Part shown: positions 26,976 to 39,490 of the stretch, one piece after another
Position numbering within the stretch: the stretch's first letter is position 1
Layout: every line of letters begins with the position of its first letter
From: Tubulanus polymorphus
Taxonomy: Eukaryota; Animalia; Nemertea
Assembly: GCF_964204645.1 (NCBI RefSeq)
Contig: NC_134035.1
Coordinates: 10,138,451 to 10,202,450, forward strand
Direction of reading: 5' to 3'
DNA length: 64,000 nt
The notes under the pieces: generated by a model
What the model saw: the letters and a program-made list of their open reading frames with translations, nothing else
What the model was told of the DNA's origin: nothing
The model's database searches: none
Made by a program: the position numbers and the translations under genes

Positions 26976-27394
26976 AACAGTTGGCAGCTCTGATTTCGCA
27001 ACCATTCTATACACCTACGAATTCTGGAAATATAACATCTAAATACAGTCCTCGAAATTTCAAAGCGCATTCGTAATAAAATATCTCTACCATCCCAATC
27101 CATATTTTTATGTTACCCGACCGACTGATTCCGAGCGAGCCGTTCCCTTTGTAGAGAGACGTATACCATCATACGCGCGAAACACCGATATTTCTTGTCT
27201 TGAACGTAACTGGGCGCATACAGTTGAAAACCGGCATACCGCAATTAAGTTAAAAATAAACAATATTGCTTCCGACATTTCCATAAAGTGGTTTGTGATG
27301 TTGATTGATCAATTTCCCTTCAGCCACGTCGTCATGGACTGCATTATAAACCCGCGAGCTATTGTACATATTTTTTACCCCAGCTGCCCATACA

Positions 27395-27545
27395 TATATC
27401 ATATCATTTATCATACCGGGCTAAAAATACACACACACACACACACACACACATATATCATATCATATATCATACTGGGCTAAAAATACACACACACACA
27501 CATATATCATATCATATATCAAACCGGGCTAAAAATACATATATC
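27395..27545. repeat. Three tandem units of tatatcatatcat..ataccgggctaaaaatac(ac)n
   Basis: Directly visible; unit length varies with the CA tract. Confidence 0.85.
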
Positions 27546-27860
27546 TTTATAATTCATTATTCATGCTACATTAAACCGATGAGCGCCACTTGAAAAATGC
27601 TTTTAGGCATAAATCCATCTCTTCGCGTATTGACAACTCGGATAAATATTAATTTTTCTTCCATCGTCGAATGTTTCATTACAGCAGATCGAAGATCGTA
27701 TATATCCGACGACGGAATTTCTCGATTCGAAATTCGATTATTCGTCCCGAAGCTTTTTAGCTCTCCAATTTGAGAAATGGTTTCGATGCAAATTAGGCCG
27801 GGATGTTGATTTGATTCGAATTCAAAACGCGTAACTATCTCCAAATGATGATTTCAAGAT

Positions 27861-28129
27861 TCGAGTGGCCACTTTTATTTGACTCGCTTCCCCCAACTTT
27901 TCCCTGAAATACATGCTGTTTTCCCTGACTCGATCCGCTAAGAATCTGATCAATTAACACAGTCGAATACGTAAGACATAGATGGAAACTTTTTGATTTT
28001 AAGAGTGATCTAACCATCTCAACAGATTTCCCTGATTTCAAGATCGATTACAAACTATTCCCTAACTTTTTTTAAGAAATGAAAATTCCCCGACTTTTCC
28101 CCGATTTCCAGGTAAGTGGCCGCGCTCTG
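27861..28129. mobile_element. hAT-like MITE family A, near full length
   Basis: gtggccacttttatttgac ... ccaggtaagtggcc; colinear with the 38.6, 50.2, 51.9 and 52.7 kb copies. Confidence 0.75.
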
Positions 28130-28586
28130 TCTGAACTTTTTAACCGTCCGATTTCAAAACGGTTCGACACAAATTAGCCAGCACGACATCCTCCGAAAAA
28201 TGATTTCAAGATGGCCACCGCCGTATTCTCAGCTCGCGCGCGTAGTCGACGCATGGATTTATGCGGCGTAGTAAATATTCCCGCAGTCATCGATTGAAGA
28301 ACAGCGCCGCGCGGATGAGAAGTGCACGTCTTCGTAATGGATTTTGAATATGGAATGAAATTTGCGATATCTATTTTAAAGCTCGAGGCAAGAATCGAAT
28401 GAAATGGCTTCCACGGTCGCGCGAGATGAAGTATTCTCGTCGTAGCAATGTAGATACGATAAACCAAATTGAACAAGACGTCGTAGATGGAAAATGAAAA
28501 ATTTCGCGCCGAGTTCTAGAAAAAAGACGAGGATCGATGCGAAGTGATTCCGCGCTTCGTGATTTTAATGTATGCGCAGTCAACTA

Positions 28587-29118
28587 CATCCTCGCCCGGC
28601 GGGGATTCGAACCTGACGGCATCGCTGGACTCAACCACAAAACCCTGCCACACTAGAATAGGTACGCTTAGATAAATCAGAAATCCCATTTTAAATTAGC
28701 CTGGGCTTTTTTGCAGTTATAGTTTATCTGTAAAATTTGCCTCAGCAATTATACAACAAGCAATCTGATTGGTGCCACCTGCGCACCTGGTCTAGTGTAA
28801 CAGGGTTTTGTGCCTTGACTGAGTGAAGTGATGCCATCAGGTTTGAATCCCTGCCAGGGAAGGGGGTTGGTCTAGTGTAGCAGGGTTTTGCGCCTTGGCT
28901 GAGTGTAGCAATGTTATCAGGTTCGAATCCCTGCCAGGGAAGGGGGTTGGTCTAGTGTAGCAGGGTTTTGCGCCTTGGCTGAGTGTAGCAATGTTATCAG
29001 GTTCGATCCCTGCCAGGGAAGGGGGTTGGTCTAGTGTAGCAGGGTTTTGTGCCTTGACTGAGTGTAGTGATGTCATCAGGTTCTGCCTGGAAAGGGAATA
29101 GGGCGGGAGGATGGGTCA
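28587..29118. mobile_element. TIR element (family H) with tRNA-like A/B boxes in its TIRs; right TIR amplified into ~4 tandem 80-bp units
   Basis: The left end 28587-28657 is the reverse complement of the unit tctagtgtagcagggttttg..caGGTTCGAATCCctgcc. Units start at 28788, 28868, 28948 and 29027. Interior shared with 58276-58489 and 60812-61122. Confidence 0.75.
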
Positions 29119-29784
29119 CCTACTAAGAGACATTATCAAGCATTTGATAAACGGTACTTTCACGAATTGAGGTTTTCTAAGTTGTTCTTTAAGCTTGAAG
29201 TTCATTTCTGATGTTTCAAGTCGATAGTCAAATTCGAACCAGGAACGCGTCAGTTCCGAGTTGCAATTTGACTCATATGTAATGATTACAACTGTGGAAA
29301 TGGATCCTAGCGATTAATTATCCTGTAAAATACTACAGGCTAAGACCATCACTTCGAAGGGATACCCTAGTCAGGTAGATTCATGATTGACTTGACAAGC
29401 AAAAATAGATTGCCTTATTTTCAGGACTACAGTGACGGCTTATTGTTAGTGTTTCATGTGTTAAAGCTCAGATTAGAGCCAGGTTGAGGAAATTTCAGGA
29501 CTGAACTACAATGACGTAACCTTTGCATCTACTAGAGCTTGTACTAGAGCCTGGCATTGAGCATATTACAGAACTAGAATAAAGGCTTGATCGTATTGTA
29601 ACCACTTTCATTCAATACAATTACTTCTTTTAGTCAGGTTGGATACGCGGGAATTGCGTAAACGAATAAATGACGTGGATTTGTAAAATTCCAAGGTATC
29701 CTCCCCCGTACCTGAAGAGTAGTACCGGGTCGCTTGTAAAACCCTGTTCCGCGGGGCCCGCGATTGAAATTTAATTCACAACTT

Positions 29785-29930
29785 TTGTTTCATGCAAATT
29801 AATCAGTTATTGGTAAGTATGCAAATTAACAGTTGATTAGCATTTACGTGATCAAAAGTGAACGAAATCTAATCAACAAAAACATCGCACACAACTCCCT
29901 GTATTAGTTAGTGTATAATGCTAATGAGCA
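29785..29930. promoter_or_regulatory. Candidate enhancer: cluster of four POU octamer motifs
   Basis: ATGCAAAT at 29792-99 and 29819-26, ATTAGCAT at 29836-43, ATGCTAAT at 29918-25, plus Sox-like TTTGTT/AACAAA motifs. Confidence 0.5.
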
Positions 29931-30652
29931 GGGATGTATTAACACAGTTTCGTGTTACCTGAAGGCCAGCAGCCACTTTCAAATACCATCCTTGTAATAT
30001 AGTAGTAGTAGTAACCCCTTGTATCAATTGTTTTAGTTATTACGTTATGTATATAGTTAAGAGTATAGCTTTCTTTGTTTTTTTATGAGCTTGTTGCGCT
30101 TGTATATAAACACATACTATTTTGTTGTATCGTTTTTGCTCTTTTTTTCCCATTTATTGTAAATGTAGTTTAATCACTGTATGTGAAATACTGCAACTGC
30201 ATACATTTAATGTACTATGATTTTGTTCACTTCAGTCACAATCATTGTATGATTTTGGTTTAGCGGCTGAGTGGTTTTTCACCGTCTTTCACTGGTCTCA
30301 TCAATCCAGGGTTAACTCACGGCGGCGGATCAAGCGCTCGAAGAATCTCAGGTGACTTATTGTAACATCGTATACTTATATCACATTCACAAGCTACGTC
30401 TGATAAGATACTATAATCCGTACTGCCTAAATAAATCCCCGCGTAATACGACTAGTTGTAGACAACGTCAAAAGGCAAAACAAAGTGTCGGATTGTAAGG
30501 CTAAATTTTTACCAATTGGTGACTGAAGATCATCAGCGGGGGCCCGAGGAACCCGACCGAATAGAACTTTTTAGATATCTATTGATGACACAAGTTCACA
30601 AAAGTTGTATTATCTGAACTGCAGATAGCAATCATGGGACAGATCTCTCTAT

Positions 30653-30878
30653 AGCCGCGATCACCCGGGCCAAATTATTTGGCCCGGAATAGCTGTTCAC
30701 AAGGGTGCTAAATGGGCCCGAGCCTGTTTGGCACGACCAAAAACGTCGGACCAGGCCTGAGCCAAATTTTAGCACATGACAAATGATTGCGCTTCAATTG
30801 AACGCGCCCTCTAATTAGGCACGGGCCAAATTGGGCTCAAGCCTGATCCGTGCCAATTTGACCCGTGTGTTCGTGGCT
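30653..30878. mobile_element. PIF/Harbinger-like MITE family I (AGCCGCGATCACAC TIR)
   Basis: agccgcgatcac ... gtgttcgtggct with flanks tat / tat. Inverse copy at 44520-44745; relics at ~16605-16760, 17320-17500 and 40620-40860. Confidence 0.65.
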
Positions 30879-32705
30879 TATTAAGGCAGGCATGGGTGGG
30901 CCTTCATTCCCAGACCCAACCGACTGACGCTGCAGACACCCGCCAGTCGACCTTCACGGGCGCCAAATATCGACTTTTACGCAACATCTTTCACGATCCG
31001 TACAGTAAGTTCGTCAATTATCTTCGCATTTTCATCCATAATAACAACAAAAGCTTTAGCCCAGTCTCGTCTATCGGCATGTGAAGTTAATATCAATTTT
31101 TTCCCATCGATACAATCGTCATTCGCGTCGTCGTCGTCTTTTGCAGTTATCATCAACGCTCCGATTTTCTTTCTCTCCTTCAATCTGTGCGAGCGTAAAA
31201 AGTATCGTAGTCATCTTTATCGCGCCGGAGACACAAGAACCGTCTCGCAAAAGACAATATTTCATTCATAAGACCAACAAAGGGATCAAGCGTACTAACT
31301 AATACCGTACAGCATGCTAGCGAGCTCACACGCGCGGGGTAAGATGAGCTGCCGGTTTTTTCCCTCCTCATTTTCGCGAACGCCGCGTTGCGGATGGATG
31401 GAATTTTCCAGCGCAGCCAATCAATCGCTTTAGACCGTATCGTACGTGTGTGTGTTTGTACGTCGCAGCGCTTGATTTTTTTTCTTCGTTTTCGTTTTTT
31501 TCGTACGAATATCGTAGTCGCAATCCTGGCGTCGTGTCTCAGCTCTCATCGACAGTGAATGAATTACACAAACGTCGATCGCGACGATGAAGACGACGTA
31601 CATTTCTTTTGAAGATAATGGATTGTATCTTAAAAGATGTAACGCGAGAAGACAAAGAGGCAGTTGAATGGCTGCTGCTACTACTGCTGCTGCTGCTGCT
31701 ACCGAGTGTTCAGATAGATGTGGTGGAATAAAAAGAAAACTACTATAGTATTCAGGAATAGTACATAAAGTTCTCGTTTGTGTCCAAATTAATCTTAATT
31801 TCATTTCTCAAAGAGAAATCTTATGGTCAGTGGCGTCGGTCAAGGCTTTGATTCAGGGTAAAATAGCCAAATTCTGACGTCAAATTCAAGTTAAAGACGT
31901 AACGCTTCGGATTCAGTCTAGAGACCATGGATAGTCGTTTCTTTTAATTTAAATTTTTGATAAATAAAGATCGTTCTCAATCTTTTAAATTTTGAAAAAG
32001 TAAATTAATTGATCCACTGCCACTCTGAGCCTGATCTTGCCTCTATAGAGTTATTGTACATGACGTCATAGTTCGATTTCCAATCAGGGCTGGAGACTTG
32101 ACACAAATAACAATTAATGATAATCTGCGAATTTACAGATTTTGAGGTTCCGTAAATCACTTATTGTATTCTACTACGAATACGGAGTAGTCGTGTTGAA
32201 AGAGCACGTTACTCTCCAGACCCTAAAGAAGAACAGTAAGAGAAAAATCAACACGAAATTTTAAAATTCTGAGACCACGTTTGGACTTCGTGCCGCCAAT
32301 GGAAAACTGGGTCCTGATGAACTTTTTGAACGAAAATTGCGTTCAATTTCGCTGATTTTGAACTTGGTCTCGAATCGTGAACCGTTTAAAAAGGTCTTTC
32401 AACAGCAGCAGCAGCAGCATCGTATCGTGTCATCGGGGATAGAAAAGAAACACGACGACGACGCATTGCTCGAATATCTCGCTACTCGGTGTTTCTTTCT
32501 TTCTTTCTCTTCTTTCTCTCGTGAGTCAATTGAAAAAGATGAATGAACGATGAACGAAGCGAGTAGATTAATGCCGCACTGATAACACCGATCATTTGAA
32601 ATCTGACATTTAATATTTCTTCCAGTCATTGCCGTATATGTATCATCAAAAGATGAAAAAAGAGCACATGCGGTGTGATTGTGCGTGGAGAGGAAATTAC
32701 TCAAT

Positions 32706-33845
32706 GAGGCAAAATATAGATAAAGATGGCTGCCATACAGGCGACATGTAGATAAAGATGGCTGCTATAGAGACGAAATGTAGATAAAGATGGCTGCTAT
32801 AGAGACGAAATGTAGATAAAGATGGCTGCTATAGAGACGAAATGTAGATAAAGATGGCTGCCATACAGGCGACATGTAGATAAAGATGGCTGCTAGAAAC
32901 AAAATGTAGATAAAGATGGCTGCCATACAGGCGACATGTAGATAAAGATGGCTGCTATAGAGACGAAATGTAGATAAAGATGGCTGCCATACAGGCAAAA
33001 CGTAGATAAAGATGGCTGCCACAGAGGCGACATGTAGATAAAGATGGCTGCCATAGAGGCAAAAGGTAGTAAAGATGGCTGCTATAGAGACGGAATGTAG
33101 ATAAAGACGGCTGCTATAGAGACGAAATGTAGATAAAGATGGCTGCCATAGAGGCAACATGTAAATAAAGATGGCTGCCATAGAGGCAACATGTAAATAA
33201 AGATGGCTGCCATAGAGGCAACATGTAAATAAAGATGGCTGCCATAGAGGCAATATGTAAATAAAGATGGCTGCCATAGAGGCAAAAGGTAGTAAAGATG
33301 GCTGCTATAGAGACGGAATGTAGATAAAGACGGCTGCTATAGAGACGGAATGTAGATAAAGACGGCTGCCATAGAGGCAACATGTAAATAAAGATGGCTG
33401 CCATAGAGGCAACATGTAAATAAAGATGGCTGCCATAGAGGCAAAAGGTAGTAAAGATGGCTGCTATAGAGACGGAATGTAGATAAAGACGGCTGCTATA
33501 GAGACGGAATGTAGATAAAGACGGCTGCTATAGAGACGACATGTAGATAAAGATGGCTGCTATAGAGATGGAATATAGATAAAGACGGCTGCTATAGAGA
33601 CGAAATGTAGATAAAGATGGCTGCCATAGAGGCAACATGTAAATAAAGATGGCTGCCATAGAGGCAACATGTAAATAAAGATGGCTGCCATAGAGGCAAC
33701 ATGTAAATAAAGATGGCTGCCATAGAGGCAATATGTAGATAACGATGGCTGCCATGAAAGCAATATATAGATGGCCACCATAGAGGTGATACATAGATAA
33801 AGATGGCCACAATAGACGCAATATGTTGATAAAGATGTTGCCATA
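32706..33845. repeat. 32-bp minisatellite, ~35 copies (tagataaagatggctgccatagaggcaacatg), with higher-order variant blocks
   Basis: 32-bp period (32717, 32749 and onward). A variant unit with aaaaggtagtaaag recurs at ~33060, 33283 and 33443. Confidence 0.98.
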
Positions 33846-34689
33846 GTCTATGGTGGCAAGGCCAAAGCTGGATAAGCATTCACTTAGGGCGCTTCTTCAA
33901 GAGCCTCATTGAACAAATGTTTTGAACTAATGAGCTAGGACGAGGCGGCTAAGCAATTGAGAGACACCAGAACTAGGCTAAAGAAGCTTTCATGAATTTG
34001 TGGTCCGGCCATTTCTATTTGCGGGGAAGCCATCTTTGATAAAGATGAAATACTTTTTCATTCGAAATGTTCAGGCGATAAGATTTCAAAAGAATTTCGA
34101 AATGAAACACAATATGACGACGCTTTTTTTTTCAATCGCTCGAGGAATTGCCATATCTATGTCATCCGGAAAAACTTTGATGATGGTGACGATGACGATG
34201 GCGAACGAAAGAAGAGGAAAAAAAAAATCAACGCAGTTACTGCGGAGTTTTATTTCAAGAAATTCGACATTTTACATCGAAAACTGACAAGTCATTAACA
34301 CATGGCTCATTAAGGATTGTCTCCACTCGGATCGCTTTTGACGTAAGTCACGACGACGACGTATAAGAACAAACGTATACGAACGAACTGCGCTCGCATT
34401 TAATATAACTTATAATGCCTCCCGGCAGCGAATCTGAATATCAAAGGCGATATCTGCCTCAAGTCATAAAAGTGAAATTTGAAATTTCAGCAAAAACGAC
34501 CGGCAACATTTTCTAATTGAAGTAATTAAAGTGTACTGCGTATAGAAGGGGTGTTATACAATCAATTAGCACACGTTTTAATATAGCCGACAAACATCTC
34601 TCATCTCCGCGCGATTCAAGACAAGCCCAACTGTTCAACTTTTTTTTTTCGCCGTCATAATCATTCGCAACGTATGACGAAGTTCAAAT

Positions 34690-35155
34690 GTGACTTTTAA
34701 GCGCTGAGAAATTCGTTTCAGCATTTTGAAAATTATCAGTTTTGGTTTCGGGGGAATATCGATAGAATGTGAATTACAAAGATAATATGAATTCCCCGCT
34801 AAAAGATGAGAAAGTTGATTCAGAAATGAACTAAATTTTGACAGAGTGCGTCCTATTGATATATGCACGCCATCTAGTGGGAAAGCTAGTGGATTCTCAT
34901 TGAGTTCATTTATGACTCATTGTTTTCATTGAAAAAGGTAGATTCAACTTTTAAGCGCCGTGAAAATTTGTTTTACTCTTACGGCTTTTGTGAAAATGAT
35001 CAGATTTGGTTTCGGGAAATATTGATCAAATGTGAATTGTAAAGACGCATTCCACCTAGTGGGATAGCTGTTGAAACACGGCATCCTCATTTAGTTCACC
35101 ATTTATGACTAATTGTTTTCGTTAAAGTAGGAAAGTTCAACTTTCTAATGCTGAA
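34690..35155. repeat. Degenerate tandem dimer; each unit has a reverse CTCF-like motif
   Basis: ttttaagcgc..tttggtttcggg..aatgtgaatt..ctagtggga..atttatgact..ttcaacttt occurs twice. Confidence 0.65.
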
Positions 35156-35174
35156 TATGTCTGGGCAAGATATC

Positions 35175-35367
35175 AAGTTTAAAATATGCAAGTTGAAGAG
35201 ATCAAAAGCAAATATTATTTATCAAAAAATCTAAATCAGACAACACGACGTTTCAAACTCTGGCTATGTCAGGTATGTTCAAAACGTTCTGTCTTATGAT
35301 TTTATTTTTTGATAAATAAGATTCGCTTTTAATCTTTAAATTTTCTACGTAGTGGATTTTAGACTTA
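35175..35367. mobile_element. Foldback element with a central hammerhead relic (third family)
   Basis: Arms aaaagcaaatattatttatcaaaaaat / ttttttgataaataagattcgctttt. Minus-strand centre reads atac-CTGA..-GAAAC-GTC-gtgt (35275-35243). Confidence 0.55.
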
Positions 35368-38300
35368 TTATCTATTCTCCACATCAGAGAGTACCGGGCT
35401 ATTCTACTAATATTCTACAAGATGTTCATTAAGAATAGTAGAGAATTGTAGATTTCACTGATAAGCAAGCGGCACTAATAAGGCATCTTTTATCAACTGA
35501 ACAAACAGCCTGAAATTACAATTTCACAGTTTAATACATGTATCTTACTAACAAGCACGTGCCCATTATACGCTCCCACCCGAATACGCAGTATACTAAT
35601 CACTGTCTTTTCTTTTGTCTCCGGAAAAAATAACGACAACCACCCATCATAATCAGACCAATTAGCGGAATTATAGATGCAAGAATGCAAGACAGCTGAA
35701 TACATAGATAACTCATTCATGCGTGCGATTTTCATTCGACGAGGCCCGAGATGAAACAATGGCCGCCGCGACGACGTACGTACGTACGTACGTACGCGCG
35801 TTAAAAACATACATCCGCGTATACCGAGCACGTATTTCAATCATCGAATCTTACGCGATATCGGTTTTTAAGTGTGCGTAGAAATTCAATCGACGAATTA
35901 GCAGTACGTACGCGTCGGTAGCCATAATCCAATCTGATCACGGTTACGCGAAAACAAAAACGAACCAAAAAATCGATTACTTTTTCGTTTTCGCGATGAT
36001 ATATTTCTATGTCGTTTTTCAGTAGTTAACTAACTACCATGTCGTCGTCCTCACTTCCATTTTGAATAGATCCGAATCCAAACTCGATTCAAATCACTTT
36101 TTCATTTTTATAGAAATCGTCGAAGATGCTGCTAAGATCGAAGATCGAATTGTAAAACATCAGTAATGAATAACGTATAGAATGTATTGTTAAACTGAAT
36201 GTTACGTATTGAAATCAGGTATAACAGATAATCCAATACACATGTAGTTTCACACCTGATCATTTTGGGCTGAGGAATAAAGTTTTTAAGTCAGTGCTGT
36301 TCTGTTCTGTCCAGAGAAACTGCGTTGTTCATTCATTCTATCGTCTGCCTACCCGGGAAGCTACGACAGAAACCTGTGCAAACGAACCTATTGGTATAAT
36401 TGTACGTAAAGCGCAAAGATTATAGCATAGATATTGCACCATTCAAGAAAATATGATGTCACTATTATCCTTATTTTTACTATTTCTATTATCATTATCA
36501 TCATCATCAATAATATTATTATCGTTTCTTATTATTATTACCACTAAAAATACATAAAGAGGATGCATTTAATATTCCCAGGCTTAGAAATTTATTTACG
36601 ACTTTTCTCGCGTCAATTTTCATTGTTTTTGTCAGTTATTCGTCGCAGCACAATGGTACTATGGACGTACAATATTCAAACCAGCGCGCGTCTACGCCGT
36701 ACCTACCATTGTACGGTAGGTTCAACCTAGTTCATAAAAGAGGTCGTAAAATTTGCACCAAGCTCAATGTTATTCTTAATGTTACAATTGAGCTGGACAA
36801 TAGACCGATGAATTTTCTATTGTACATCCATATGCTCGGTTCATCGATGTATATATTCTATCGAAGGGCAGGTGTGTGTACTGTAAATACAATGTAAGTA
36901 AGAGATGTCATAAAATGAAAGCCATCATCACACATAAAAAGCCACTTGACATTGTTTTGTACCAGCACGAGCTGCTTCGCTTGGAGAGTATTACCAGCAG
37001 TCATAGAACACTTCAACGCCAAAAAAACAAAAGCAGTTAAACAAAAAATCTGCTGAATTTGTGATAAAATCTGATGAAAATTCAAGTGCCCTAACTGACA
37101 ATTCAGGATTTAATATATAATATCTATTTCGCCATGTACATATGCAGTATAAATGATATATAGATTATAAACAATTTACATACATACGAGGCTGGATGCT
37201 TGGAAAGCCAATGGAGGCTGTGTCCCGTAGGGATCCAAGCACCCAGGATCTAGTTCTTATGTTGAAATAAATGTTAAAATTCCCTCTTACAAGGAACCAG
37301 TTCCGAAAATCAGTACACGTCCAAACTCTCTAAGAAGCTGTGGAACTCGATTTTAAGACCTGTCTCAGACCAATCGGAACAACTTAAGACTAGCTCAGAT
37401 TTAAGACTACTTTCGGATTTAAGTCCTGGTGCATCTAGGCCCAGGTGGCTTAAACCTAAAATGAAATGAAGACTCAAGCTGATTCTGATTCAGGGAGAGA
37501 ATCACGTAAAATTTCAGGGCAACTTGACATTTTTAGGCAGCCAGGGTGCCCACACCCTGCAGCCTCTCTTCAATCTGCCCCTGAAAAGGCCTGAAGACAA
37601 GTGGGAAGGTGCTGGACGACAACCTGCGCCGGACATTTCCAAATCACGAAGAAGTTGATTGCGCCGTTGATAAGTTAGTCATAAGTCGACTGGCGAGCGT
37701 TCCTCGCGATCGGGTTCGAGTCACCTGTCCTTCCTTCCGTCGTGTGAGACGACGGTCGACCGTTGCCCGCCCGCGTAACCCCATCCACTTGTTTGTCGTG
37801 TTTATTCCGATTATATCCAATTGACGTCGCGGGCCCGGGTTATAATACGAGAATCGTCGCGTTCGTCTGCCGGTAACAATGGCCGCTATTCAACGCCGGC
37901 TCAAACCCGACAGATGTGCGTGCGTTCACCGCCGGCGGCGCCGCGCTCGCGCAAAAAAACGTAGTTCCGCAATACGTGTATATTTAGGCATAATTTCGCA
38001 TTTTTCAACCCCGAGGCCGTCCGTCCCTCCATCCGCCCGCGACGACGAAAAATATAGAGAAAAAATACCGACTACTTAAAGCTCATGTTCCGACGCACGC
38101 GGCAGGGACGCCTTCGCACGAATACTTAAAACGGAAATTTCTTGACTCGGCGCGTAGAAAATGAAAAGAGTCTGATGAATGCACGATTCGAATGCCCGCC
38201 GGCGTTTTACACAAATTGGGTAACCAATTTATAACTTTAATGCACAGGATTAGAGCGCGCACAATACGTAATATGTGCTTGCGCAGTGTGTGTGTGATTT

Positions 38301-38620
38301 ACGAAATGCCTATAGGCGCAATTTTTCACCCTTAAAAAAGAAAAGAAAAAAAAAACGGTACTCATTTCTCAGATAGATGTATTCATTCATCATTCTCTAT
38401 TGAATGTAATTGTAAGATAGCGCAGAGGGGAGAAAATGGAATTCGAGGCCACTTTTGTTGTGTCGCGTCTGACAATGTATGCGTTTCGAAGCAATACGCA
38501 GCAGATGTCTTAGAATTTCGAACAATAATCTTTTTATGTAACCGATTGCGAGCGCGCGTAAGATGTAGCACATCGACAAAAAACCAGGGCCCAGTTTCTT
38601 AAAAGTTGTGACGCAGACAA

Positions 38621-38878
38621 CACACTTTTATTCGACTCACTTTTTCCCTGACATGTACATTGTTGATCTGCTAAGAATCTGATTAACCTTCCTTTAACTC
38701 AGTCAAATAGCGTAAGGCTAGATGGAAACTGATTGATTTTATGTCCAAGCTAGCAATCTCAACAAATTTTCCTGACTTTTCACTGAGTTTCAGCTTTTTT
38801 ACAAATTTCCCTGACTTTTTTAAACAAAAAAAAACTTCCCGGGGTTTTACGTTGATTTCCAGTTAAGTAGCCACCCTG
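38621..38878. mobile_element. hAT-like MITE family A copy
   Basis: cacttttattcgactc ... taagtagccaccctg. Confidence 0.7.
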
Positions 38879-39369
38879 ACGAATACCATGGTTGAAATGC
38901 CACTATGGCATCACCACAGCTCAACCAACCTTCGAGCAACTGACCCCAAAATTCTAAAACAAAATAAAGCTGCTGCTTTTTGGATCCGTTTGAAACAATA
39001 AGATGTAAAGGAACTATACCTAACAGAAAACACGTACATCAACAACGACAACGACAGTATGTATATATATATCGCTTACCATGTAAGATCTCTTCCACCT
39101 CGAGTACATCAACCATTCGTACAAACGCGATGTTCACCTGCAAAATACAAACGTTTCACTCGAAATTGAATAACAATGAAATATTAACAGGAAGCACCGG
39201 TATAATGGCGCATAGACAATGACTATGAATTATCATGATTTTAACGAACAACAGTTCGACATCAATGACCAACGCAGACAACTAGATTACGAACAAAAAC
39301 AGCAGATTCAGACTTCAGCAATTAGATTACTTAAATTTTGATATGAATATCGGTATATATCAATTTATG

Positions 39370-39490
39370 GCTCGAGAATACCATAATTACAAGTAGTCAT
39401 CGTTTTCAGGAATACAATAGTATATTCCTAAAGATGACTATCAGGATAGATAAAGTATTGTCACAACACTCAGTGCGAGTGTTTCATCAA
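39370..39490. mobile_element. Family G element, deleted copy retaining the central back-to-back hammerhead 5' halves and the tail
   Basis: tagtcatc(gt)tttcaggaata-caatagta-tattcctaaagatgacta (39394-39440), then the tail cacaacactcagtgcgagtgtttcatcaa. Confidence 0.65.

Noticed and set aside
32314-32345. Other CTGANGA...GAAA matches (32314, 38876, 62285)
   Set aside because: No credible stem II or stem I pairing; such matches are expected by chance.
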